NCBI GenBank assembly: GCA_046350215.1
Contig: JAXMAU010000035.1
Span: 935-64,934, forward strand
DNA length: 64,000 nt
From: Gemmataceae bacterium
Lineage (GTDB): Bacteria; Planctomycetota; Planctomycetia; Gemmatales; Gemmataceae
Reading direction: 5' to 3'
In this document: one piece after another, positions 46,923 through 58,504 of the stretch
Layout: every line of letters begins with the position of its first letter
Position numbering within the stretch: position 1 is the first letter of the stretch
Notes under the pieces: model-generated
Told to the model about the DNA's origin: nothing
The model's database searches: none
Seen by the model: only the letters and a program-made list of their open reading frames with translations
Position numbers and translations under genes: made by a program

Positions 46923-49900
46923 TCGACCGGCTCGACGTGCATCGTCCGGCCGAGTGGGCGGTCCTCGACTTGCGGGGCGCGCGGACGCTGCGGGCGCTGG
47001 GGCAGGCGTACCTCGGCCGCGCCGAGCTGCCGCAGGCGCGATGCCTGGAGCAGCTGCCGAGCAGCAGCACGGCTGGAAGTGCTGCCGCGCTCCGAACACG
47101 TCGCCGCGCTTAATCGGACCTGGTGCCTTGTTGCCGCCCGGCTGGGCCTCCCGAACTGGCCGACGCCTGCCAGCGCGAGGTGAAGACGCTACAGTGATGC
47201 GGGAGAGACGGCCGCGCGTCGAGGGACGGATGCACGGGCAACCGGACGGATACCGCAGCATGGGCCGCGAGACGGACGCCGGCATCGCTCGACCGGCGGG
47301 CTGGTGCTCGTCCTGCAGCGAGTCCGCAAGCTGCTGCTGACCGGCTACCTGCCGGGCGGCCGCGCGCCGAGCCGGCCCGCTTCCGCCCGTTGCTCGCCGC
47401 GCGCTTGCCGGCGCGGGTGTAGAAGCCGAACGCGCTTCGCGCTCGGCTGAAAGCTGAGCTGGCTGGAGGGCGACATGCGCCAGGCCGTGGCAAGTTCGAC
47501 GCGGTCCCCCAGTTCCTCGAAGGCGGCGCCCGGCGGCGGGCTGCCGGGATTGCCGCCGCTCGACCCCGGCGAGCTGGCCGGCCGCACGGCTTCTGGCGGA
47601 AGCGCGCGCACTCGGCTGCTGGCCGGCCAGAATGACGCCCTCACGGCCTACAGGCGGCCATGCGCGCGCGGGGCGGGCCGCAGGCGACGGCGTGGTACGT
47701 CGGCCTGCTGTTCCACGCCGGCCGCATCGATCGCGTCGAGGCGGTGTGGAAGACGGTGCGGACGAACCCGCGCGTCCTGGCGTGCGACGAGGCGCTGCTG
47801 GAGGCGGCTGCACCTGCGCGCGGCGAGCGGGCGCGCGAACGCCTGCGCGACGCCGCGCGGGAGCGGGTGGCGTGGACGGAGCGGTGGCTGTGGCTGGCGT
47901 GGGCACGATCGAGCTGCGGCGACCCGAGCCGGCGCGCCGAGGCGGCAGCGCCGGGCACACCGGGACCGTACCCTGGCCGCTGGCAGCGTGGAACGCGCTG
48001 TCGAGCGCGGCCTGGAGCGGACCGCCCACGCGCTGACCGCCGACGCCGCCGGCTGGCGCGAATTCGTGCAGGGACAGCAGGCGCGGCGCGCAGGGCACGC
48101 CGACGAGGCGCGGCAGCTGCGCCGCGCGCGGCCGCCAGGCGTGCCGGCGATCGCCCCGTTCGCCGGCTACGAGCTGGTGTGCACACCCAGGCGACGGCGA
48201 CCCGTCCGCCGTCCGCGGCTGCGTCACCGGGCACGTTCCTCGCCGCGAGCGCGATGGCGGCAACAGGTCGAGGCGGTTCATCGGCATCCAGGTCGATGCC
48301 GCCGCCTTCCTCGACGCCGCCCGGGCCAGGCCAGACGCCACCGGCCACTTCAGCCGCCTCGCCACGCTGCTGAATCCACGGTGGGCGAGACGGCCCGGTT
48401 CGTCGAGCGCGAACCGGCGGGGCCAGCGCGGCGGAACGCGCTGATCGCCGTACTCGAATCGTCGGCTGAGCTGTCGCCTACGTGACGGCGATGCTCGTCG
48501 AGGCCGCCAGCGAAGCCGGCGACGAGCTGGCGGCACGGTCGCCCTTCAACGCACTAGGGCTCGCCTGCGACCAGTCGAATATGCAATTACTGGATAGCGC
48601 TTCATCGCGGTCTATCCTGGCGAACCGCTCGCCGCTGTCGCCACCGCCGCGGCTGCTGGGACCCGCCGCCGCCGCCCCGGTCGATCATCCGCTGGCTCGC
48701 CTGCGGGATGCGGCGATGCACCTCCATCGTGGAGAGATTGACGACGAAACGCGCCGGTGGTTGCGAGGTGGCGGATGGGAGCCGACCGCTGGCACAAACG
48801 CTGCTGCTGGCCGACGCCGCCCGGCGAGAAGACCCTCCCCGCGGTGCGAACGCTGCTGGAGGAGCGCGCCCGGCAGCGGCGAGCGTTCGACACCGCCGCG
48901 TTTCCTCGTCCGCCAGCTGGAGGCGCTGGTGCTGCGGCATCCGGGGTTCGCCGGCTGGCGGTCGACGCTGCCCGGCTGGCTCGACGCATGGCCGCGGGTG
49001 CCGGTCGACAGCCTGCTCGCCATGTACGCGCGGGCGGTGCCGTTCGCCGTCGCGGAGACTCCGGCCTCCGCCGCCTGGCTGCTGCAGGCGACGCCGGGCG
49101 GTGTTGCGGCGTGACCTGGTCACGGCGGCACCAGCCTGCCTGCACCACGCCGGGACGAAGTCGCCCAGGGCGACGGTATCGCTGACCCGCTCTTGCCGCG
49201 GGTGAAACGACTCGTCGATGCCGACCGGCTGGCGCGCCCTCGGACTGTCCGTCAGGCCCGCGGCGCAGCGGGCCGACCTGGTCGACCTGCTGGTGAAGTA
49301 CCGGACGGCCGACCCCTGCTCGATGCGGCGCGGCGAGGCGACGCGATCGCCGCCCGCGCGCGGCTGGCCGAGCTGGTGGACGCCGCCGACCTGCCGGCAC
49401 AGCTGGCCCACCACCTCGCGCTGGTCGAGACGGGGCTGGCGGAGGCAGCGGAGGACACCGACGCGACGACGGCGTGCGACGGTTGGCGGCGGGCGTGGCG
49501 GCACTGGTTCCGCTGGCTCGCCGGCGACGACCCGCAGGCCGGCTCGGTTCGCCCGTTGCTGCTGGCCCACCTGCTCGATCGTCACCGGCACCGGCTCAAC
49601 GACCACCTGGCGCGGGGCGAGACCACCGCCGCCGGGGGGCTGTGGTCGCTGGTCGGATCGCTGCCCACGGGCGCCGCCGGGACTCCGTTCGCCGCCGAGG
49701 TCGTCGACCGCGTCGCCGGGTTCCACGACGAGCTGGCTACCGAGTATTTGCTTACCACGCGCGAGGCGATGCGGCTCGGCGCGATTCCCGAGGGGTGGCG
49801 GGCCGACTACCCGCGCGGGCTGGCGATGCTCGATCGGTTGCTCGCCCTCGACGCCGACAACGGGCGGTTGTTGACCGCCTTTGTTGAGACGTGTAACGAC

Positions 49901-50188
49901 TGGGCGCTCGACCTGTACCACTGTCAGCGCTGGACGGAATTGCAGGCGCTGGTCGACCGGGCCGCGCCGGCGGCCGACCGGCTGCGGCGGCTGATCGACG
50001 GCCGCACCGGCGAGCTGCTGGCTCGCAACGCCCTGTCGGAGCTTTGCAAGGTGCGTGGGTTCGTCGAGCCGAATGCGGGCCGCAAGGCCGAACACTACCG
50101 CGAGGCGCTGCGGCTCAACCCGGCCAACCGCAACGCCCGCGAGCTGCTCGACGAACTCGAATCGCCCGGAGACGACGATGCCGGATAA
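46919..50188 (+). pseudogene. large helical/TPR-like protein coupled to the kinase; central ~2.2 kb frameshifted
   Basis: The GTG start at 46919 overlaps the kinase stop (GTGA). There is a clean start (..DRLDVHRPAEWAVLDLRGARTLRALGQAYLG..) and a clean C-terminal ~290 aa (ORF 49193-50188, TPR-like ..HYREALRLNPANRNARELLDEL..). Between ~47010 and ~49300, readable pieces are scattered over all three frames. Confidence 0.5.
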
Positions 50189-50624
50189 TCCATTCGAGGT
50201 GCTGCGCCTGTCCCCCGACGCGACCGAGCACGACGCGGTCGAGCAGGCAGCCCGCCTGGCAGCGCGGACCGCCGACGAGGCCGCCCGCGCCGCCGTCCGC
50301 CAGGCGGTTGCCCGGCTGACCGCGTCGGCAGACGACCGCCTGCTGCTGGCGGTCCTCACCCACGCGCGGCCGGATTACGCCGTGCCCGAGCTGGAACGCG
50401 CCCTGGCCGCTCACCGTCGCCCCCCGGCTGACCAGACCGACCTTCCGATACCGCCAATCGACCTCGACGAGTTTCGCGACCTGTTATTGCACCAGTTGCA
50501 GCGCGAACTGTCCGACCCGCCGGCGCCGTTCGAGCCAGTGCCCGCGGACGAACCGGCCGAAGAGATCGACCGGCAAACCGCCGAGGCACTGTGGCAGCGG
50601 CTGGTGAGCGACCCCGGCGCGTAA
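50178..50624 (+). CDS. small acidic hypothetical protein, translationally coupled
   Basis: ATG 50178 overlaps the upstream stop by 11 nt. The N-terminus MPDNPFEVLRLSPDATEHD resembles J-domain helix I, but no HPD motif is present. Confidence 0.45.
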   Translation: MPDNPFEVLRLSPDATEHDAVEQAARLAARTADEAARAAVRQAVARLTASADDRLLLAVLTHARPDYAVPELERALAAHRRPPADQTDLPIPPIDLDEFRDLLLHQLQRELSDPPAPFEPVPADEPAEEIDRQTAEALWQRLVSDPGA

Positions 50625-50679
50625 CGACACACTTCGCCGCCACGCCGACGCTGTATAGACACTTTTCGTCAGATAAGTG

Positions 50680-50716
50680 AAACGCCGCATGCCCACGCAA
50701 GCGTGGGCATGGCACC
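50680..50716. repeat. partial copy of the double-palindrome element (first palindrome only)
   Basis: AAACGCCGCATGCCCACGCAAGCGTGGGCATGGCACC. Confidence 0.7.
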
Positions 50717-50750
50717 AAGAACCAAGTACCAGGCGTGGGCACAACACATA

Positions 50751-50822
50751 TCCTTCCCTCTTCCCCTCTCCTTTTTCTCTTCCTCCTGTCTTCCCTCTGT
50801 GCCCCTCTGTGTCCTCTGTGGT
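50751..50822 (+). repeat. polypyrimidine/CTnTGTG-triplet element, third copy
   Basis: C/T-rich run ending in CTCTGTGCCCCTCTGTGTCCTCTGTGG. Same architecture as 23384-23454, lying 45 bp upstream of the next start codon. Confidence 0.65.
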
Positions 50823-50866
50823 GAGTCCGTCTTCTGTCGCTGGCTGTCGATTGGCGGCGGGCTACA

Positions 50867-51345
50867 ATGGCGAGGGTCATCAGGCAGGGGAGGACGGCGA
50901 TGCAGGGACAGTACGACGCGATCATCATCGGGGCCGGGCACAACGGGCTGGTGACGGCCTGCTACCTGGCTCGCGCCGGCCGCAAGGTGCTGGTGCTGGA
51001 GCGTCGGCCGGTCGTCGGCGGGGCGTGTGTCACCGAGGAGACGTTCCCCGGATTCAAGGTGTCGACGGCGGCGTATGTCAACAGCCTGTTCCGCAAGGAG
51101 ATCATTCGCGATCTCGATTTGCATCGGCACGGGTTCGAGCTGCTCGAGCGGATGCCGTCGTCTTTCTCCCCCTATCTCGATGGTCGATATCTGCTGATGG
51201 GCGGCGATCGGGAGCTGACGCACCGCGAGATCGCCAAGTTCAGCCCGCGCGACGCCGAGGCGTACCCGAAGTACGAGGCGATGCTGGAGCGGGTGGCCGA
51301 CGTGCTGGAGCCGACGCTGGTGCAGACGCCGCCGAACCTTGACCG
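50867..51345 (+). pseudogene. N-terminal fragment of a CrtI/phytoene-desaturase-like FAD oxidoreductase
   Basis: ..QYDAIIIGAGHNGLVTACYLARAGRKVLVLERRPVVGGA.. (alternative ATG at 50900). The family normally exceeds 500 aa, but similarity ends near 51345 (..LVQTPPNL). Confidence 0.65.
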
Positions 51346-51349
51346 TCCT

Positions 51350-52945
51350 GGCGCGGCCATGTCGCCCGCGGTGACCACTGGCGCAGCAGGTAGAGCAGTC
51401 CTCGCGCACGCCAGCAGCAGGATCGCCGACAGCTTGCCGCCGGCATGGGTCAACGCGCCGCCGATCGCCGGGTCGTAGGCGGTCATCTCCGTCGGGCCGA
51501 CGACAGTACCGCCGGCTTGCCCCGCAGGCGCGGTGGGTGGCCAGTTGATCTCCGCGCCGCGGCCGCTTCGCTGCCGCCCACCAGGTTCTTACCGGTCACC
51601 GGATCGATCCCGGCCACGAACAGGTCTCGCCGGCGTTGTCCATCGGCACCACCACCGGCACCCCGCCGGCCAGCCTGCGCTTGTTGACGCCATGCCCACC
51701 TGGTTGGTGATATCCAGGTAATCGCTTACCAGCGACCGATACCACAGCGAGTGCCGTCGCGCGCGATCGCGCGAGGTCGCCGGTGGCGAACAGGACGTAC
51801 GCCTTGCCGTCGTTAAAGCTGGCGACGGCGCGCCATGCAGGTGGTCGGGTTACAGGCGGTGTTGCCGGTGGCGGTGGGCTGCGCTCCCACAATTGCTGCC
51901 GGTCGCCTCATCGAGCACAAAACGTGCAAGCGCGCTCGCGGCGATGGCCCAGGAGCAGGCGATGACGTGCGCAACCCCGCCGGCGATCACCGGGTTGGAC
52001 AGGCCGCCGGCCGGCAGCATCACCTTGTGGCGGCCATCGGTTTTGTCCACTTCGTCGGCAGCCCGCTCTCCTCCGACACGGCGGCGCCGTTGGGGCCGCG
52101 AAACTGCGGCCACTCGCCGGCCCCGGCCGTCGCCGTCAGCGCCCGACGAACCGATCCCAGGATGTGTCGGCGCATCGCGTCGTATCCCCTCGCCTTGGCG
52201 CCTTCGCGGCCGTGAACGGCACACCAGCGCCGACCGCGTCGCACACTCGCAGCTGGAACTTCCAGTCCTGCGCCCAGTTCTCCGATTGCTCGTTCTGACA
52301 CACCTTGAGTAAGAGCGTATTCAGACCCTTGCGGAGCGCGACGCGGATCGTGTACTGGTCGATGCGCATGCCGTGGTGATATTCTTCGCGAGCGAACGCC
52401 GGCTGGCCGTTGACGAACAGCTTGGGCGTTGATGCAGCCGACGCGCAGCAGGCAGTTGCGCGCGGCCGGCGTCGAGATACGTCACGGCGTAGGCCACCGC
52501 TCCTTGTGCTTGCCGAGGACAGCCTGTTGAGGTCGGCCGAGTGCGCGGGTCGCTGGTGGTGTGCTCCACCCACTTCAGGGCGGCGCTTTCGTCGGTGCCC
52601 TGGTAGGCGGCGGTCACGTCGACGCCTTCTCCGGCGGATAGGCGACGTTCCAGCCGATCCTTGCGGTGGTCGAACGGGCCGACCAGATACCAGTGGGCGA
52701 TTACTCCGTAGTCTTCTGCAGGTCAGCTTTCCCTCTTCCAGCTTTTCCAGCACGCCCGCGGCCGTGGCTCGACATGGTCGGGGTCGCAGGCCCCGGCCAG
52801 CGCCTGCCGATAGCGGCTCGCGGGCGGTGCGGTCGTCCTTCGCCTCCTGCTTTTTCGCCAGCCGATCACGCTCGACGGCGTCTGGCTGGCTCGCTGCCGG
52901 GGTCGTCGAGCATACCAGGAAGGAGACGATCGGAGCGGTCTGCAT
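51350..52945 (-). pseudogene. exported jelly-roll + PQQ-like beta-propeller protein, heavily frameshifted and 3'-truncated
   Basis: ATG 52945 (MQTAPIVSFLVCSTTPAA). Readable pieces: ..HWYLVGPFD.., ..VDVTAAYQGTDESAALKWVEHTTSDP.., ..KLFVNGQPAFAREEYHHGMRIDQYTIRVALRKGLNTLLLKVCQNEQSENWAQDWKFQLRVCD.., ..GEWPQFRGPNGAAVSEESGLPTKW.., ..MTAYDPAIGG... Confidence 0.55.
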
Positions 52946-53359
52946 CGCTCAATCAGCCATTCGTAGGCCAGCCGGCAGGCGATGCCGGCGTGCCGCCAGT
53001 CGGTGACGAAACGCTCAACTCCGCCGGCGGACAGCTTGCCCTGCGTCAGCGGCAGCTCAGCGATCGCCTCGAACGCCGGCCGCAGCCAGTTGGCGGCCGT
53101 CGAATTCATCGTCGTCCATCGCCGCGGATCAGCACCAGCGGCGGCCGCGAGCAGCCAGTGCCTTGACCGCCTGCTGCCCTCGACGTTGCCGGCGCTCGCG
53201 GCCGACCTTGCGCTTGCCGGGCGAGCAGGGCGTCGACTCCGCTCGCGCGCCTCGGTTCCGCCGCCGGCGAACCGGCCGCGATCGCGACCACCGCGCCGTC
53301 ACCGCCCACCATCCTGCTCTGCATCGACTTCCCCCTCCTCGGTGCTTGTTGAGCATCTT

Positions 53360-54102
53360 CCCGCCGTCCACGGGAGCGCGTTGCCGTCCGCGTCGAACTC
53401 ACCTCGGCGGCTCGGCACCGCCTTCACCTTCGCGTGTTCCCACTGGAACTGCATCGCTGCGGAGGTCAGGGTCCTTGCTGGTGAGCCGCTGAGGCGGCGC
53501 GGCTTGCTCGCAGGTGCCGTCCGCGACCAGGCCAGGCGTGCGCAGGTCGATCAGGTTGAGCAGCAGGCGGTTCGTGCGCGGTGATCGATCAGGTAGAGCG
53601 AACTTGGCCACTTCCTGCAGCACTGGGCCTTCACCTGGTAGCGGATGCCGGGTCGAGGTCGGCTGGCCTTCGCGCTCGCCGATCTGCAGCTTGGCGATCG
53701 ATGGTCACCGCCAGCGGATTGCCCTGCGGGTAGATCAGGTACAGGTTCGGCTTCTCGGCGCCGATCTGTCCACCGACCAGCAGGTTGACGTTGATGATCC
53801 ATGCTCCAGCGCCTCGCGGTCCAGGTCGGCGACCCGGCGCACCTGCTCGCCGACGATCCGCGCCGCGTCGTAGAACGTCGACGCCGCCGCCAGCCCGCGG
53901 CCCTGGTCGAACTCCCGCCGCAGCAGCGTCAGCACCGACTGCGTGACCGACAGGCTGCCGCTGCTCAGGATCACGAAGACTCGCTCGCCCTCGCGGACGA
54001 ACAGGTGCATCTTGCGGCAGGTGTTCACCTGGTCCATCCCCGCGTTGCTCCGCGAGTCGGACGCCATCACCAGCCCCTGATAGGTGCGAATCCCCTGGCC
54101 AT
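53360..54102 (-). pseudogene. Anbu-type bacterial proteasome beta-subunit homologue, frameshifted (3' limit approximate)
   Basis: ATG 54102 with GGAGGA upstream. ..GLVMASDSRSNAGMDQVNTCRKMHLFVREGERVFVILSSGSLSVTQSVLTLLRREF.., then in other frames ..NVNLLVGGQIGAEKPNLYLIYPQGNPL.., ..LQIGE... Confidence 0.6.
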
Positions 54103-54134
54103 CACGGCCGTCCTCCCTGCCTTCTGCGATCCGG

Positions 54135-55139
54135 TCAGTCGAGCTTGAGGTCTGCCGGCTTCACGCCTTCTTCAGCGCCCGCGCCGAAGCTGAACGGCAG
54201 CGGCTTGTACTTGCTCGCCAACGAGGTCGACTTGGCCCTGGATGAGGATCTGCTCTTCATCCCCAGGCGCAGTACGAAGCGTTCACCAGCAGCCGCGCAG
54301 CCCTCGCTCGAAGGTCCCGTAAGGCAGCACGTAATCGACGTGAACACCCGTGCCGGCTTGCCGCCCGCGGGAGTGTAACTCTTCACCCAGGCGATCAGCA
54401 TGTCGGCGTCGTTCTTCTTCCGCTACGGCGGATCGGTGATTCGGCTTCCGCCGCGACCACATAGCCGGAAACGCAGCGGCTTGCTGTCGCCCGGCAACGG
54501 CGAGGTGGACGGTGTAGACGTCGCTCGGCCCCCAGATGTCGCCGTCGCCCAGGTGCCGCGGACGATCAGGTGATCGCTCCGCCCAGGGCGATGATTCCTG
54601 CGTGCTCTCCGACCCGTGGGCGCCGCTGATGGCCTACCCGCGTCTCTCCGGCGCCTCGCTGCCGAACCCGCCCGCTTCGGCCAGTGCCAGTGTGCATACT
54701 TGCTCTTGCCGGGCAGGTTGAACGCATGCGTGGCGGTCCGCAGGCCGATCACCGGCTTGCCGGCCTCGACGTAGTCGACGATGTGCCTCATCTGGTCGTC
54801 GGGCAGGTTGCGAAAACGGAGAAAGAAGACCGCCAGATCGGCCGTCTTCAGCGCTTCCAGGCCGGGAATGTTGTCGGTCTGCGTCGGGTTGATCGTGCCG
54901 TCCTTGCGGTCGATCGGCAGCAGCACCGTACACTTGAAGCCGTGGTGCCGGGCGAGGATGCGCGCCAGCTGCGGGATCGCCTCCTCGGAGCGGTACTCCT
55001 CGTCGCCGGCGACGAGGACGATGTGCTTGCCGCGGCCGGGGCCGTCGCCGCCCTGGTAGACGACGCCGGGAGAATCGGCGCGGGCGGCGGAGACGGCGAG
55101 CAGGGCGCAGAGGAGGGCGGCGGTGCGGGGGAGGGACAT
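54135..55139 (-). pseudogene. ThuA-domain protein, C-terminal half frameshifted
   Basis: ATG 55139, signal peptide MSLPRTAALLCALLAVSAARA. ..GKHIVLVAGDEEYRSEEAIPQLARIL..LAVFFLRFRNLPDDQMRHIVDYVEAGKPVIGLRTATHAF... The tail ..MLIAWVKSYTPAGGKPARVFTS.. is in another frame. Confidence 0.7.
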
Positions 55140-55229
55140 GGACAGCCTCCGGTGGGTGGATTCGGCCCGTGCGCCGGTGCGGCGCGGGCACGACCATCCT
55201 ATCGAACCGGCAAGGCGGCTGACAGCCGG

Positions 55230-56294
55230 TTACTGGCCGCGCGAGTGGCTGCCGTGGCGGGAGCTGACGATCGGCGCGCCGTCGGGCAGCGGCCGGCCGG
55301 CGACGACGACGTTGTGATCGTGCAGGTAGTCGCGAAGGCGGCGGTAGAGCGGGAAGCTGTCGGCGTAGACCCACAGGGTGACGGCGGTCTGCTGCGGGTC
55401 GAGGCGGTCGATCACCTTGCGGAACGCCGACCCGTCGGCCAGGGCGCGGTCGGCCGGCTCGCCACGGTCGGCCTGGATTGGCTCGACCTCCCAGGTGGCC
55501 AGGCCGTAGCGAAACGCGCCGTCGATCGGTGCTGAACCGGGCGGGCCGTCGGTCAGTTCCTTCTGCCGTTCGATGGTGTAGCGCAGGCGGAACGCGCCGA
55601 CCGGCTGGGTGGTGGCGGTCACCTGCCACTGCGTCTTCAGTCCCTCGGCCCGACTGCGCGACTCGCGGCGGATCTCGTCCAGCATGGTGCCGGTGTCAAT
55701 CAGCGCCACGCGGCCGTGACGGCACTCGAACATCACCTCCTCGGTCTGCACCGGGGCGCTGACCGGGGTGCGATAGCGCAGCTCCTTGCGCGCCGGCGGA
55801 AGCTTTTTCAGCTCCGCGATGTCGTCCATCAGCTTCTTACTACGGGTCCGCAGATTGGCGAGGGTGGCGGCGGAAGCGGTCAGCTGCGCGCGGCCGGCGG
55901 CGGTGCGGGTCGTCAGGCCGGCGCGGTCGTCGTGCATCTTCCGTCCGATGCCGCTCAGGGCGTCCAGGTCGCGGCGGAGCCGCTCGGCCAGGCCGCGCAC
56001 CTCGGCTGCTTGCCGCGCACGCTCGGCCGCACTGCCGGCCGTCTCCGCCAACTCGTCGCGTTGCCGCACCAACTGTTCCTGACGCGGGTCGGTCGGCTCG
56101 GGGAGAAGGCGGTTCGTCGGCGACGGCGGCGGGCGGCGGAGGCGGCGGCGGGACGATCGCCTTGTACGACCGGGCGCCCGACCCAGGTGACGAGGATCAG
56201 CCGCAGGATGATCCCGACCACGGTGGCGACGAGGTCGAGAAACGAGTCGAAGCTGAAGGCGATCTCGCGGTGCCGGACGGCGGCGGCGGGCCAT
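55230..56294 (-). pseudogene. single-TM, coiled-coil ExbD/TolR-like protein (N-terminal TM out of frame)
   Basis: ATG 56294. The TM segment REIAFSFDSFLDLVATVVGIILRLILVTWVG (with Asp) reads in the frame of ORF 55955-56809. The rest is in ORF 55230-56345: a coiled coil, then ..VMFECRHGRVALID.. and ..AVTLWVYADSFPLYRRLRDYLHDHNVVVAGRPL.., resembling the ExbD periplasmic fold pattern. Confidence 0.55.
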
Positions 56295-56351
56295 CGCGGT
56301 CGAGCCTCCCAGTCCAGGGAGGCCGAGTCTCCCCGTCTCCGCCACGCGGCG

Positions 56352-58504
56352 TCAGAACCCGCTGACGATGTGGCCGACGTCGTCGCCGGGCAGCAGCGAG
56401 GAGCCGTCTTGGGCACCGAAACCGTCTCGCGCCGGATACGCCAGGTGATACGTCCGTTCCGCGTCCGGGTGAACGAGGAGGATCGGCACGCCGACGTCGA
56501 GCCGTCGGGGCGGCTCGGTCGCCAGGTGTCGGCCATCAGGTCGCGCGGTCTGGTGAGCGGGTTGTACACCGGCGTCTGGTTTAGCAGCGACAGGGCGTAC
56601 ATCTTCCGCGTCGGGAACACGACGACACAGTCGGCCCGACACTCGGCGAAGATGGTCATGTCGCCCGGATTGGTGATCCGCGCCCGGGCGAAGCGGAATC
56701 TCGCGGCGTTCGAGGCCGCCCGGCGCGGAATCGGCCCCGGAATCCCGGCCGTCCGCCCGACCCCTCGCCAGTGTTCCCGGCCGCTTCGCCGGCTGTCCGC
56801 CAGACGCAAGCCGTGACGGCGGCGAGCTGCCCGTCCCTGAACCTGCCGTCCCGGTGTTCGGGAGCAGGGAGAGCACCCCGATGCCGCCGTCAGCCGTCTT
56901 CGGTCCCGCCGCCGTCGCCGAGGTCGCGGCGGACAGGTCGCAGCGGTGGCATTCGTCGCCCCGAGCAGGGGAACCGGCGCGTCGGGGTGCGGCGGGTGGA
57001 GCGGCGCCCGTTCGCACCACCGATGCCGGGTAGCGCCACGCCGTCCGCAGGTGCCCCGTAGGGCCGCGGCCGGCTCAGGCCGACCACCGGGCGCTGATCG
57101 GCTGCCGGTGCCCGCGTCGGCCGGCGGTTCCGGTGACGGCTGCGCGGTCGGTAGGCCGATGCCGGCGCCCAGGTGCCGGTGCCGGAGCCACCCGGCGAAC
57201 CCGATGGCGGCGGTAAGGTCATGCCGATCTGCGGGCCGTCAGACCCGCCAGTGCCCGCCGGACCCGCCAGGCCAGGGCCGCCAAGGTCCGGGCCAGCGTT
57301 GCCGCCGACGCCGGACCGCCGCCCGGTGCCCCGCCCTGGATCGGTCGAGTGCAAGCGGCCCGGCGGACGGTTTGCCGCTGCCGAGGCCTGGCCCGCGTTG
57401 CCGCCGAGCGCCCGGACCACTGCTCGGAGTCCACCCTGGATCGGTCCGAGGGCGAACGGGCCAGGCGACGGTTGGCCGCTGGGTTGGCCTCCGGTGGCGG
57501 GCGGCATCAGGCTGACTGGGCCGGACAGGGCGGTCTTTTTCGCCACCGGGGCCGGCGGTTCGGGCGACGGTTTGGCGACGGATGCGGTCCGCGTCTCCTC
57601 CGCCGGCGGGAAGTGCAGCTTCCAGTCGGCGTCGACCAACTCATAGCCGAAGTCGACACCCATCCCGCGGATGGCGGACTCGAGAGTTGATAACGGCGGA
57701 CGATGCCGTCGGGGCGGACGAGCAGCATCAGGTACGCCCGCGCTACGACACGCCCTGTTTCGCCAGCTCCTCCCGCTGCGCCGCCGCCCGCCGTTCGACC
57801 TCCTGCCGCACGATGGCCGGCATCTCGGCGTCAACCATCTGCCGGTCGGGGTGGAAGATCAGCCCGCTGGCAGCGCACTCGACGTAGAGCGGCCGCCGAC
57901 TGTCGCCCTGCTTGCCGCGGTACGGGACGATGGAATAGGTCTCGGCGTCGCGCTTGCGGGCCTCGCGCAGCTGGGCGAGCGCCTTCTCCAGCTGTTCCAG
58001 CTCGGCGGTCAGGCGCGCCTTGCCGGACTCGGCCTCGGCGGCCTTGCCGGCCAGCCCGTCGGCTTCGCGTTTCGCGTCGGCGACGGCCTGTTCGTGTTGC
58101 TGCAGCCGCGCCTTCTCGGCCGTCACCTGCGTCCGCAGCTTCTGAACGACATCCTCCTCGCGGCGGAGGCGCGCGGCGGCGTCGGCCAGCCGTGCCTCGA
58201 CGCGCTGCATCTCGTCGTCGAGCTGCTGTTTCTCGGCGGTCACCCTGGCGCGGAGGTCGTCGCGCCGTTTCTCCCAGGCGGCGACGGCGGTCTTGCGTTT
58301 GGCGTCGGCTTCCCGCCTGCGCGCGGCAGTCCGGCCGGCGTACTCGCGCTGCTGCTGGCGGGCCTTCTCCTGGGCCTTGGCGACCGCGGCGAGCTTCGCC
58401 TTGCGGTCCATCACCAGCAGCACCAGGATCAGCGCGCCCATCGCACACAGCAGGACGGCCAGGAACGGGAAGGTATTGACCTGCAGCTGGTTTCGACGTC
58501 TCAT
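56352..58504 (-). pseudogene. TM - coiled-coil - ExbD-like module - Pro/Gly-rich linker - second ExbD-like module (one or two genes, several frameshifts)
   Basis: ATG 58504 overlaps the MotA/ExbB stop (ATGA). MRRRNQLQVNTFPFLAVLLCAMGALILVLLVM, ~170 aa of coiled coil, ..PLYVECAASGLIFHP.., frame break near 57745, ..YLMLLVRPDGIVRRYQL.. / ..GVDFGYELVDADWKLHFP.., a Pro/Gly-rich stretch, ..MTIFAECRADCVVVFP.., ..VPILLVHPDAERTYHLAY.., and a stop at 56352. Confidence 0.5.

Noticed and set aside
50178-50624. DnaJ/J-domain co-chaperone.
   Set aside because: Only the first helix resembles a J-domain (NPFEVLRLSPDA). No HPD tripeptide is present anywhere in the protein.
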